Below are positions 20,026 through 28,622 of a stretch of DNA of 64,000 nt, piece by piece. Position numbers and translations under genes: made by a program. Where the stretch lies: assembly GCA_963771355.1 (NCBI GenBank), contig CAVYTA010000006.1:672001-736000 (forward strand), read 5' to 3'. The notes beneath the pieces are model-generated. The model did not search any database, was not told the DNA's origin, and saw only the letters and a list, made by a program, of their open reading frames with translations. How positions within the stretch are numbered: the first letter of the stretch is position 1; each line of letters begins with the position of its first letter. Source of the stretch: an uncultured Candidatus Rokubacteria bacterium. GTDB taxonomy: Bacteria; Methylomirabilota; Methylomirabilia; Rokubacteriales; CSP1-6.

Positions 20026-20830
20026 GATGGCCGACGAATCCACGACCGAGGATCTCAAGGCGGAGTTTGACGCGGCCCGGCTCGCCGGGGACCACGCGCG
20101 GTTAGAGGCCATCGGCCCGCAGCTCTACCCCGAGCCCGCGGTCGTGGAACGCATCGCCCCCGGCTCCCCGCGACGCCGCCAGGCGTAGCGCAGGGCCCGC
20201 TGAGCAGCCCGCGCGCCGTGATTGCGGCGATCAATGCCGAGCTCGAAAGGGGCCAGGGCCACCAAACCGAGCAACGCCGCCAAGAATTGATCGCGAGCGC
20301 GACCAAGCGTACCGGGATGCCTTCGAAGAGAGCGAGCGGGCCGCCAGGCCGCGGCGCGCGCGGAGCCGGCCGCGCCGCCGTGACCCGGGTACGCGGTCGC
20401 CGGTGGCCCGCGCCGATGGAAGGCCACACGTGGAGTCCCGGACTCAACCCCATGGTGGCGCACCTGGTGGGTCGGGCCTCCACGTGGACACGCTCAAGCA
20501 CTTTGCCGGCGCGCGGGGCCCCGAGGATCCGCCCGACGACGTGCCCCGCGAGACGGTGGTCGCCGCGCGGTTCGCGATGGACGCGTATTTCCCTGACCGC
20601 GCCGAGCGGGAGCTGATGAACGACTGGCTGGACAAGACGGGCAACGCGAACAATCGGGCGCTCATCGAATGGGCCGCGGAGCTCGGGCGGCCGCTGCGCC
20701 AGGAGCTCGAGGCAGGCGCACGCGGATCGCTACCGGCCTCGGCACGACTCAACACGGGCTCGCCGCGAATACGCGGACACGGCGGCGGCCCTCGCTGCGC
20801 GCTATCAGCACATCTACGGAGGCGATTGAC
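20026..20830 (+). CDS. Hypothetical protein, possibly scaffold-like (frameshifted)
   Basis: GGAGGAG RBS, MADESTTEDL start; DWLDKTGNANNRALIEWAAELG segment; ends ARYQHIYGGD. Confidence 0.35.
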
Positions 20831-20832
20831 CC

Positions 20833-21120
20833 GTGCCCAGCCCCGCGGAGCAGCACCAAGCCGACGTCGAGCACGAGTGCCGCGATCCTCGAGGCGGCCG
20901 GCTGCGACGTGGTGCCGCTGCTCGGGCCCATCGCCCAGGCGTGGAACCTCCTCGGCATCGGCCCGCATGGGCTCCTGCTCGTGCACGTAGTCCGCGGGGC
21001 CTGGCCGGAGATGCTCGGGTTCAGAGCCTCGGCATCCCGCCGCGGTGGCCGGCCAGCACCGGCCGGCTCGATCCACCGATACATCGACGGGGCACCTGCC
21101 CGAGGTGCGCCTCTTGTGAA
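20833..21120 (+). CDS. Possible degenerate PD-(D/E)xK/resolvase-like small protein (frameshifted)
   Basis: EHEC.AILEAAGCDVV...NLLGIGPHGLLLVHV pattern; acidic catalytic residues not conserved. Confidence 0.25.
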
Positions 21121-21248
21121 GCGCCCGCCGGCCCGTTTGCTGCCCTCCCAGCCGTCCGAAGGCCCCAATAGGGGTTTCAACCATGACTTCGGAGGAAACT
21201 CGGCCCGTAGCGACCCCGGACGGCGTACGTGCGCCCGCTTGAGGGTAC

Positions 21249-21431
21249 GTGCTCCCCCGGCTATGCCCCGTGTGCCGGAAGGTGCCGATCCAGCCGGCCA
21301 GGAAGCGGGACTGCTCCGGCCGGTGTCGGGCCCTCAGCCGGCAGCGGAAGGCAGAGCCCGGCGGGATGAGAAGCGAAGAGATCCGGGCGCTGCTCGAGGC
21401 GGCACTCAAGAAGCTGAGGGAGGACGCCTGA
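21249..21431 (+). CDS. Small zinc-finger/coiled-coil protein, copy in main element
   Basis: CPVCRKVPI...CSGRCRA...EIRALLEAALKKL. Confidence 0.7.
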   Translation: MLPRLCPVCRKVPIQPARKRDCSGRCRALSRQRKAEPGGMRSEEIRALLEAALKKLREDA

Positions 21432-21522
21432 TGGGGCACGAACCTTCCTCGCGACGGTCTCAGCGGCGCCAGTTGCTCCCTGGCGCGGCTGGTTCGGGGT
21501 CATTGGCTGGAGGTGTTGAATT

Positions 21523-22200
21523 ATGAGCATCCTCGGGTGGCTCCTCACCATCCTTTTCGCGTTGTGCGCACTATTCATAATCGTAATGCCCTTCTGGGAA
21601 AGAAAGGGGAGGAAAGAGCAGCCCGAGAGGAGGAAAGAGCAGCCCGAGTCGCATTTGAAGAGGAGCGAAGAGCTCGGCGAATCGCGCTGGAAGAGAATCA
21701 AAGAGCATGGCAAGAAAACCAAAGAGCACGGCAAGTCTTACTCGGCGAATCGCTCACACGCCACCTAGCTACCCTGCGCGAAAGCATCGGCAGCTCATTC
21801 TTACGGACGATTACGGCTATAAACGCGATGCTGGATGGGGGACAAAGAGGTTGAGTACTTTTTGGGAATCGCAGCCAGGGAAGCCGACGTTGATAATCTC
21901 GATCTCATTGACCGCCTCTGTCGGGTAATGTTAAAGCGCCCTACGAACTGGCTGAGCGAAACGGAACTAGCGATTGAAGCCGACGCTGAAAAACGTCCAG
22001 TGGGAATGACCCTCAGATCTTCGTGAGGAGCATTGCGCGGATCTCTCTTCGCCCTCCGCGCAGGCTGGAGTGCTCGCCTCACTCAGGGCCTCGGGCGACC
22101 AAGGTGTCGATGTCATCGCCGAGAAAGGCGGCCACAAGGTCGCCCTTCAGTGCAAACAGTACAGTCAGCCGGTGGGCAACTACGCTGTTCAGGAAGCTTG
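21523..22200 (+). pseudogene. Membrane-anchored Mrr-like (type IV) restriction endonuclease, frameshifted and C-truncated
   Basis: N-terminal TM, coiled coil, DDYG segment, then ASGDQGVDVIAEKGGHKVALQCKQYSQPVGNYAVQE (D...QxK). Confidence 0.75.
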
Positions 22201-22212
22201 TCGATGCCGGAG

Positions 22213-22419
22213 CCTTATGTCCTATGGACCGAACCTTGCTGATTTTTTCGGCGCGCCGCGACGTACGTGGACAGGATTCTCAAGGGGGCCAAGCCCGGGG
22301 ACCTGCCCATCGAGCAGCCGACGACGTTCGAACTGGTGATCAACCTCAAGACCGCGAAGACCCTCGGCCTCACGATCCCGCCGTCGCTTCTACTACGGGC
22401 GGATCAGGTGATCGAGTGA
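22213..22419 (+). pseudogene. C-terminal fragment of ABC transporter substrate-binding protein
   Basis: LMSYGPNL...[55 protein letters not shown]. Confidence 0.85.
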
Positions 22420-22777
22420 CCGGGGAACATCCGGGCGCAGAGCGACGCGCTGACGACGCTCGACGGGCCGCGCTGATGTTCGCAGCGCTTGGCTTCGCCG
22501 CGCTCCCACGCATCCCTGCCGACATGGCGCCGTGTTTCGGGGACTCCACCGCTGGCTCGACGCCTGGCGGGGGATCGGCGACCTCGTGACGGGCATGAAC
22601 CGCCAAGCCTACGATTTGGAGCTGACCCAATACCCGGATGGCTGGCGGTGCACGTTCTTCGTGACCGGGCGGGAACACTCGCTCACGCCCATCACCGGCT
22701 CGGCCTGGGAGAAGACGCCGTGGCTCGCCGTCCAGCGGGCCGCCGCGCGGGCGCTCGCCGGAGGAGTAATGGCATGA
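22416..22777 (+). CDS. Small hypothetical protein (frameshifted)
   Basis: [43 protein letters not shown]...[16 protein letters not shown]; coupled to neighbours. Confidence 0.6.
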
Positions 22778-22971
22778 GGATCTTCGGCATGATCTTGGTC
22801 ACGGTGGGCGCGGCGATCATCGTCGTCTTCGGCGTGCTGACAGCGGGGACGCTGCCCGGCGTCGATCCGGTCAAGGAGTTCATTGTGGCGCTGGTGTTCG
22901 GCGGGCCCATCGCTGCCCTGGGGCTCATCCTCGTCGCGATCCGGAAGCCAGAGAAACGGGGGCCGAAGTAG
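22774..22971 (+). CDS. Two-TM small membrane protein
   Basis: [22 protein letters not shown]...FIVALVFGGPIAALGLILVAIRK; ATGA overlap. Confidence 0.6.
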   Translation: MRIFGMILVTVGAAIIVVFGVLTAGTLPGVDPVKEFIVALVFGGPIAALGLILVAIRKPEKRGPK

Positions 22972-23192
22972 ATGACACGCCGGCTGCTGGTGACGGTGAT
23001 GGTCGCGGCGGGCGGGCTCTCGGGCTGCTCAACGTCCAAGACGGCCGATACATCGACCCGAAGACGGGTCATCAATACGTCTGCTATCGCCAGTCCGCGT
23101 TCGGGGTGATCCCGTCCGTCGCGGCGGGCAACTCGTTTGCGGACTGCAAGACCTTGTTCGAGGGCCGCGGCTTTCTACGCCGCGATCCGTAG
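22972..23192 (+). CDS. Small lipoprotein (frameshifted)
   Basis: MTRRLLVTVMVAAGGLSGC lipobox; continues YIDPKTG..VC...FADCKTLFEGRGF in another frame. Confidence 0.45.
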
Positions 23193-23260
23193 GTGTGGCT
23201 CATCATCCTCTTCATCGTCGGGCCGGTCTAGTGGTTCTGGTCGGGGCCGCGGAAGTGATC

Positions 23261-23290
23261 TTGACAACGCTGCTAACCGGGAGTTAGCAT
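23261..23290 (+). promoter_or_regulatory. Sigma70 promoter with overlapping palindromic operator
   Basis: TTGACA-N18-TAGCAT containing TGCTAAC-CGGGA-GTTAGCA. Confidence 0.75.
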
Positions 23291-23313
23291 TGTCCCCGAA
23301 GAGGCTGGGACGC

Positions 23314-23493
23314 ATGTTGAAGACGCTACGGGAAGAGAAAGGCTTAAGTCAGCGTGAGCTCGCGGGCAGGGCGAAGGTCACTGGAGCCTACGTCGCCATG
23401 CTTGAGGCTCGCAAAAAGAAGAATCCCTCCCTCGCTGTCCTTCAGCGTCTCGCCAAGGCCCTCGGCGTGCCGGTGACGGAGCTGCTGGGATGA
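23314..23493 (+). CDS. XRE-family HTH transcriptional regulator
   Basis: LKTLREEKGLSQRELAGRAKVTGAYVAMLE..KKNPSLAVLQRLAKALGVPVTELL; alternative TTG start at 23290. Confidence 0.92.
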   Translation: MLKTLREEKGLSQRELAGRAKVTGAYVAMLEARKKKNPSLAVLQRLAKALGVPVTELLG

Positions 23494-23723
23494 ATCGCGC
23501 CATCTGTCTCAGCCTCGCCGCCCTTCTCACCACGAGCAGTGCGGCAGGTTGCGCCGTCGACGTCGCCGCGACCTGCAAGGCCTCCGGCGGCACGTACACG
23601 GAGGCGGGAACGTGCACGCAATATGGTCCGAGCCAGCAGGCGGCGAGGGATAGATGCTCAGCTAGCGGGGGCGTGTATTTCGTGGACAGCAACGCTTGCA
23701 TACTCGGCAGCGGGGGACCGTGA
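23490..23723 (+). CDS. Cys-rich small lipoprotein with duplicated C.ASGG.Y motif
   Basis: Signal peptide ending AAGC; CKASGGTY...C and CSASGGVY...C. Confidence 0.65.
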   Translation: MNRAICLSLAALLTTSSAAGCAVDVAATCKASGGTYTEAGTCTQYGPSQQAARDRCSASGGVYFVDSNACILGSGGP

Positions 23724-23826
23724 TGACCTTTGACGGAGCGACCTAAGACCAGAGCGCCCCCGGCCGCGTTGGCGCGCGACCGAGGGCTGGTAGCCGATCA
23801 ACCTCACCCTGGGAAGGAGAGCATCG

Positions 23827-24039
23827 ATGGCCACGGCTACGGTAGCACGCGCCCGCCGGAGATGGCAGGGTGACGTGATCCCCGACGCCCGCGAGCTTCA
23901 CCGCGTCATCACCGCCAGCGTGCGCGAGCTGCTGGAGACTGCCCGGCTCGAGGCGCAGGCCGGCCCGGTGGACGAGGACCAGATCGAGCGCCTCATCTTC
24001 CGCGCGCCGCGCCCATCGTCCAAGCGTCGCCGTCGTTGA
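23827..24039 (+). CDS. Small hypothetical protein
   Basis: GAAGGAG RBS, 70-aa ORF. Confidence 0.5.
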   Translation: MATATVARARRRWQGDVIPDARELHRVITASVRELLETARLEAQAGPVDEDQIERLIFRAPRPSSKRRRR

Positions 24040-24239
24040 CCGAGGCGCAGCGCGGCGAGCTGCTCCCGCATATCGTCCGCTTAATGTTGACGGCGTTCCT
24101 CGAGGCGCAAGCGCGATGACAACCGCCGCCGGCGGCGTCCCGACCACGCGCTACGTCGGTCGAAGAAGCCGCCACAAGCGCCGGGGCTGAACACCTCCCG
24201 ACGCTTGTGGATGTGAACGGACTCGAAGGGACGTCGCGA

Positions 24240-24534
24240 CTAGAGCGAGCCTCCTCCGCCACTCCCACCAACTCCCCCACCGCCCCCGCTACCGCCGCCG
24301 GACGTAGATGCCGCCGCCGGGCCCGCCAGACCCCGAGCCGCCCCCGCCGCCGGCTCCACCGCCTCCACTCCCGCTACCGCCGCCGGACCCAGAGCCGCCG
24401 CCGGCGCCCCCTCCTGCGCCACCGCTTCCGGACCCCGAGCCGCCGCCGCTTCCCGCTGCGTAACTTACGCCAACGGGCACGAGCACGAGAAGCGCGACTA
24501 CCAGCAGCACAAACAGCCGATAGACCACACGCAT
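24240..24534 (-). CDS. Secreted Gly/Ser-rich low-complexity peptide (one probable frameshift)
   Basis: Signal peptide MRVVYRLFVLLVVALLVLVPVGVSYA then about 70 residues of GGGS repeats. Confidence 0.6.
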
Positions 24535-24731
24535 GGGCAACTCCATTCCGCGGGGGATACCCCGCTGCTCAGTACACTCCGATTACTTTCAAGCAAGCTG
24601 AATGCCTGAACAGAAACGCCTGCGGTGGTGAGAGCTTTCGGAGTGGATGGAATCACCCTGGGCCGCCCTTGTCAAAACTCCCGACACCATATACATAGCC
24701 TGCCGAGGGGATACGAGAAGGATCGAGGCCG

Positions 24732-24753
24732 TCTGCAAATACAGCGTTGCAGA
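24732..24753. repeat. 22-bp palindrome, copy 3 of 3 (perfect arms)
   Basis: TCTGCAA-ATACAGCG-TTGCAGA. Confidence 0.88.
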
Positions 24754-24773
24754 AGGAAACGCGCGTGACGCCA

Positions 24774-25045
24774 CTACTTCTCGCGGGCTCGCTTCAACCC
24801 CCGCTCAATCGCGGGCAGGGCGTCCGGGGCATGGACGAGCGCGAGGGCGCGCAAGCCGAGGGCGTCTGTCACGAAGCCGGTGAAGAGATAGGGGCCCACC
24901 TTGCCTTTGCGTGCGCTCGTCTCGGGCTCGACGACCCGGAGCAGACGGGCCGCTACGCGCGAACTATCTTTGCGTGTTTCAAGAGCACGAGGTATTGCGC
25001 CTCGCTCAGCTCGATCTGGACGGGCAGGGTCTTGGCGGTCGCCAC
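24774..25045 (-). CDS. Conserved ~90-aa element protein divergent from integrase (one frameshift)
   Basis: VATAKTLPVQIELSEAQYLVLLKHA / DSSRVAARLLRVVEPETSARKGKVGPYLFTGFVTDALGLRALALVHAPDALPAIERGLKRAREK. Confidence 0.7.
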
Positions 25046-25113
25046 AGTGCCGCCGATGACACCACGCCGCTTTTGGTTCGTCAATATGATCCGACAACCG
25101 GGGAGGGGAACTA

Positions 25114-26235
25114 ATGGGACACCTTATCAGCGCGGGCCGGTGTGGTGGATTCAGTTTTATCAGGATGGGCAGCGGGTGCGGATGACCTCGGAGTCGCGGA
25201 CAAGGACGTGGCCAAGCGGCTGCTCAAGGAGCACGAGGCGCGCGTGACGCTCAAGGAGCCCGTCGTGCGTCCGCTCGGCCCGCGTCACCTATGACGAGCT
25301 GCGAACGGATCTCGTGGAGCACTACCAGGCGACCGGGGCCCGCGACCTCGAGGAGGCCGGCTGGCGGCTCGAGCACCTGGACCGGGCCTTCCGCGGGGCC
25401 CGCGCGAACCTCATCACCGCGGGCGGCGATCACCCGGTACATCGTCCAGCGCCAGGGCGAGCGGGCGGCCAACGGGACGGTTAACCGCGAGGTGGCGGTC
25501 CTGCTCCGGATGCTGCGCCTGGGCCTATGAGCGCGGCAAGGTGGCCCGCCTGCCCATCGTCCACAAGCTGAAGGAAGCGGCCCCGCGCGCCGGCTTCTTC
25601 GAGGCCGAGCATTCGCGGCGGTGCGGAAGCATCTGCCGGCCGACCTCCAGGTGGCCGTGACCGTCGCCTACACGTTCGGCTGGCGGATGCAGAGCGAAGT
25701 GCTGGCGCTCGAGACGCGGCAGCTCGACCTCGCGGCCGGGACCATCCGGCTCGACCCGGGCAGCACCAAGAACGACGAGGGGCGGGTGGTGTACCTCACG
25801 CCGGAGCTCACCGCGCTCCTGGCGGCCCATGTGGAGCGCGTGGTGGCCCTCGAGCCGAGACTTGGCGCAGGTGGTGCCGTGCCTCTTCCCGCACTTCGCC
25901 AAGCCGCACCGGGGGAGCGCAGCGCCAGGACTTCCGCAAGGCGTGGACGAGCGCGTGTAAGGCCGCCGGCTACACCGGGATGCTCCGGCATGACTTCCGG
26001 CGGACGGCGGTGCGGAACATGGTCAACCGGAGCATGCCGGAGCGCGGTGGCCATGAAGATCACCGGCCACAAGACGCGGGCCGTGTTCGACCGCTACCAC
26101 ATCGTGAGCCCGGCGGACCTGCGGGAGCGCGCGCCCGGAAGCTGGCCGGGCACGGTTTCAGCCACAATCGCGGCCACAGTGGGGCAGGTGACCCCCATCG
26201 CAAGTGAAGTGGAATTCGGTGCGGCGGACGATTAG
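25114..26235 (+). CDS. Tyrosine recombinase/integrase, full length but with several frameshifts (3' end uncertain)
   Basis: GGGAGGGG RBS; arm-binding-type N-terminus (QRGPVWWIQFYQDGQRVR); GWRMQSEV, STKNDEGR, HDFRRTAVRNM and TGHKTRAVFDRY. Confidence 0.9.
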
Positions 26236-26301
26236 CTCAGTTGGCAGAGCACCGGCCTCACATGCCGGGGGTCACTGGTTCAAGTCCAGTATCGTCCACC
26301 A
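26226..26301 (+). tRNA. tRNA-Val(CAC)
   Basis: 76 nt; acceptor stem GGACGAT/ATCGTCC, D arm TAGCTCAGTTGGCAGAGC, anticodon arm CCGGC-CTCACAT-GCCGG, GGTTCAAGTCC T arm, encoded CCA. Confidence 0.97.
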
Positions 26302-26305
26302 TTTC

Positions 26306-26340
26306 AAAACGCGGGGTTGCGAGACCCCGCGTTTTTATCT
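26306..26340 (+). terminator. Intrinsic terminator after tRNA-Val
   Basis: AAAACGCGGGGT-TGCGAG-ACCCCGCGTTTT followed by TATCTTTT. Confidence 0.85.
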
Positions 26341-26348
26341 TTTCGGCC

Positions 26349-26368
26349 CGGTGCCCAAATAGTGCCTA
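26349..26368 (+). repeat. 20-bp direct repeat CGGTGCCCAAATAGTGCCTA (integrase arm-site-like), copy 1
   Basis: Identical at 28556-28575. Confidence 0.88.
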
Positions 26369-26933
26369 ACGGGCCCCGCGCAAGGGGTGGTTCCGGTGGG
26401 ACTCCAGGCATTTCTGGACGACAGTTACCGGGCGCCGTTCGCCGTCTGTGCCGCGGTCGTCGTGAACGCCGCCCGGCAGGCCGAGGCCGAGGCGTGCGTT
26501 GTTGCTCATGCTCGGTAGGCTGGTGCGCGGTGCGTAACGCGGGCGGTGTCATCGGCGGCACGATAGCGAAGTCCGACGGGCTGCCCGTCGCTCAGTGTCT
26601 TCGTCCGGTGCTCGCCCTCGAAGGCGTATTGCTTTTCGACGAGCTCCTAGGGCAGGTTTCCCGCGATAGCGCACTGGGGTACAATCGCGCGACATATGGC
26701 CGGCGTGCGATCAGGTACAGGACGGACGAACGATCGAGGCGGCGGGCCTGACGGAGATCTAATCTTACTCGTGCCGATGGTCTCGGTCGGTGGAGTGACG
26801 GCGATCTTGACCGGGTTCTTGTCCCGGTCACTCCTGCAAGGCGTCGCGGGCGCGGGCCTGATCGTTCTCAGAGCACATCACGCTTCTCAGGGTCATCGCC
26901 GCCAGGCGTCTCCATGACACATCGGCTGCGCTG

Positions 26934-28166
26934 ATGGGCCACCCCGCGACACGATGGGGGTGGGCGTGTGTCGCAGCCGGACTCGTATTCCTCGCCCTCG
27001 CGGTGATTGTCCGGCTCGCGGGCGTGCTCACGGTGGAGCGGGAGATCTACGAGGCGGTCGTCGCCGCCATACCGAAGACGGATCTCTGGCTATGGATCAC
27101 GCGGCTCGGCAGTGAAACCATCCTGTTCCCGGCATCTGTCTTCCTGATCATCTTATTGCCTAGCCAATTTCTCCGTCACTGGTGGGTCTGGGTCGTGGTG
27201 ATGTTGGTCGCCTCAGGGCTCGAAGGCATCGGGAAGGAGGTCATCGGCCGCCCGCGGCCAGAGTCGCTTCGACCTGGTTTCCCTAGCGCGCATACATCCG
27301 CGGCAGCCGCCTTCTATCTCATGGCGGCCTACTTTATCGCGGGCGCGGTGCGCAGTCGGTGGGCCAAGCGGGCGCTCTACGGCGTCGCTGCGGTCTGCAT
27401 GGGGTTGGTGGCCCTCTCCCGCATGACGCTCCGAGCGCACTGGCCCCTGGACGTGGTTGGCGGCGCGGCGCTCGGCATCAGCGTCGTCGCCGCGGCGGTG
27501 TGGTGGCATGAACGACATCCCGACGCATGGAGGGTCCTCGGCTCAATGCCGTACGCGTGGCGCCACGTCATCTACCGTGCGCAGAACATAGGTCAGATGA
27601 TCCTGGTCGTGGTGGTTATCTTCCTGAGGCCCCCGCTCGCTGCCGAGGATTCGCTCTTGGACCTTGCGTTCGATGTGTTTGGCGGCGGCTCGATCGCCGC
27701 GGGGCTCCTCCTGCGCGTCTGGGTGGCAGGCCACGCCGACGAGCGGGCGACCTTCGGTCCAGGCTTGCCGATGCGCCTCGTGACGACCGGCCCCTATGCC
27801 TACATGCGACAGCCGTTGCCGCTCAGTGCCCTGCTGGTCAGCATCGGCGTCGTCGTCCTGGCCGAGAGCGGTCCCGGGCTGGTGCTGCTACCGGCCGCGC
27901 TCATCTTGATGTACCGGATCACGATCCCGCTCGAAGAAACCGACCTCGCAGACCGCTTCGGCCCAGCTTATCTTGCCTATTGCGCTCGGGTCCCTCGGTT
28001 CCCCCGGAGCCTCGCCCCTGTGGTCCTCGCAGCCAGCATGACGGTGGTGCGACCGCACCAGATGCGCTGGCGTTCGATTTGGCACGACTTGCCCACCCTC
28101 GCGACGACGTTGGCACTCACCGTGTTGGCCGAGACGCACGAGTTCTTACCACACCTGCTGCGGTAG
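26934..28166 (+). CDS. PAP2 phosphatase fused to PEMT/ICMT-like membrane methyltransferase
   Basis: K..IGRPRP, FPSAH, SR....HW.LDVVGG (PAP2); LVTTGPYAYMRQPL...EE..L..RFG..Y..Y...VPRF (PEMT/ICMT). Confidence 0.82.
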   Translation: MGHPATRWGWACVAAGLVFLALAVIVRLAGVLTVEREIYEAVVAAIPKTDLWLWITRLGSETILFPASVFLIILLPSQFLRHWWVWVVVMLVASGLEGIGKEVIGRPRPESLRPGFPSAHTSAAAAFYLMAAYFIAGAVRSRWAKRALYGVAAVCMGLVALSRMTLRAHWPLDVVGGAALGISVVAAAVWWHERHPDAWRVLGSMPYAWRHVIYRAQNIGQMILVVVVIFLRPPLAAEDSLLDLAFDVFGGGSIAAGLLLRVWVAGHADERATFGPGLPMRLVTTGPYAYMRQPLPLSALLVSIGVVVLAESGPGLVLLPAALILMYRITIPLEETDLADRFGPAYLAYCARVPRFPRSLAPVVLAASMTVVRPHQMRWRSIWHDLPTLATTLALTVLAETHEFLPHLLR

Positions 28167-28555
28167 TCGTGGCGGCGTTCTGCTCGTTCTCGTCGCAGCC
28201 TGGGATCTGCGGTCAGTTTGAGTGCTAGTCGATCGGGGAAGGAGGTCGCCGGACCCGGTGGCATGAGTTGCCGGATACATGCCGGATGCTCACTGCGCGG
28301 AGAGGCGTGTCAGGTCCCGCTCACTTTCACGCGGCCTTTCCCAAGGGCGTCCTGTCAGATCCTCGGCGACTATGAGCCCTTCTGCGTAAGCCAAACCTTC
28401 TGGATCGTCACGGGGCGTCGGCCCCGATTCGCTACACTCACGGCCAAGTAGATCTTCTCCTTGAAATAGCCGGGCGGCGGATTCTGGATGCGGTATCCGG
28501 AGCGGGCGCGGGTCGACTCGGAAGAAGATTCAGCGAGCTTCGCCGGTGGCGTGAG

Positions 28556-28575
28556 CGGTGCCCAAATAGTGCCTA
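28556..28575 (+). repeat. 20-bp direct repeat, copy 2
   Basis: Identical to 26349-26368; 47 bp before the 13-bp att copy. Confidence 0.88.
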
Positions 28576-28622
28576 TCCGCAGTGTCGCCCGGTGTCGCGG
28601 GCGGTCACTTGGCAACGCTCGG

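Larger units (their letters stand above)
11894..26266. mobile_element. 14.4-kb integrated phage-satellite-like element or defective prophage
   Basis: Flanked by 42-bp tRNA-derived direct repeats; encodes integrase, excisionase-like HTHs, primase-helicase and TerL; no portal, capsid or tail recognised. Confidence 0.88.

Noticed and set aside
24250..24460. DNA tandem repeat/VNTR
   Set aside because: Imperfect CCG-rich run is explained by Gly/Ser codons on the minus strand
7747..25045. Diversity-generating retroelement template/variable repeat pair
   Set aside because: No reverse transcriptase in the window and differences between copies are not adenine-specific
6100..25050. CRISPR array or integron attC array from the recurring repeats
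   Set aside because: Repeats are kilobases apart, irregular and mostly coding; no cas genes, IntI-type integrase features or attC RYYYAAC/GTTRRRY ends recognised
11894..26266. Complete prophage
   Set aside because: Only 14.4 kb between att sites, with no recognisable portal, capsid, tail or lysis genes
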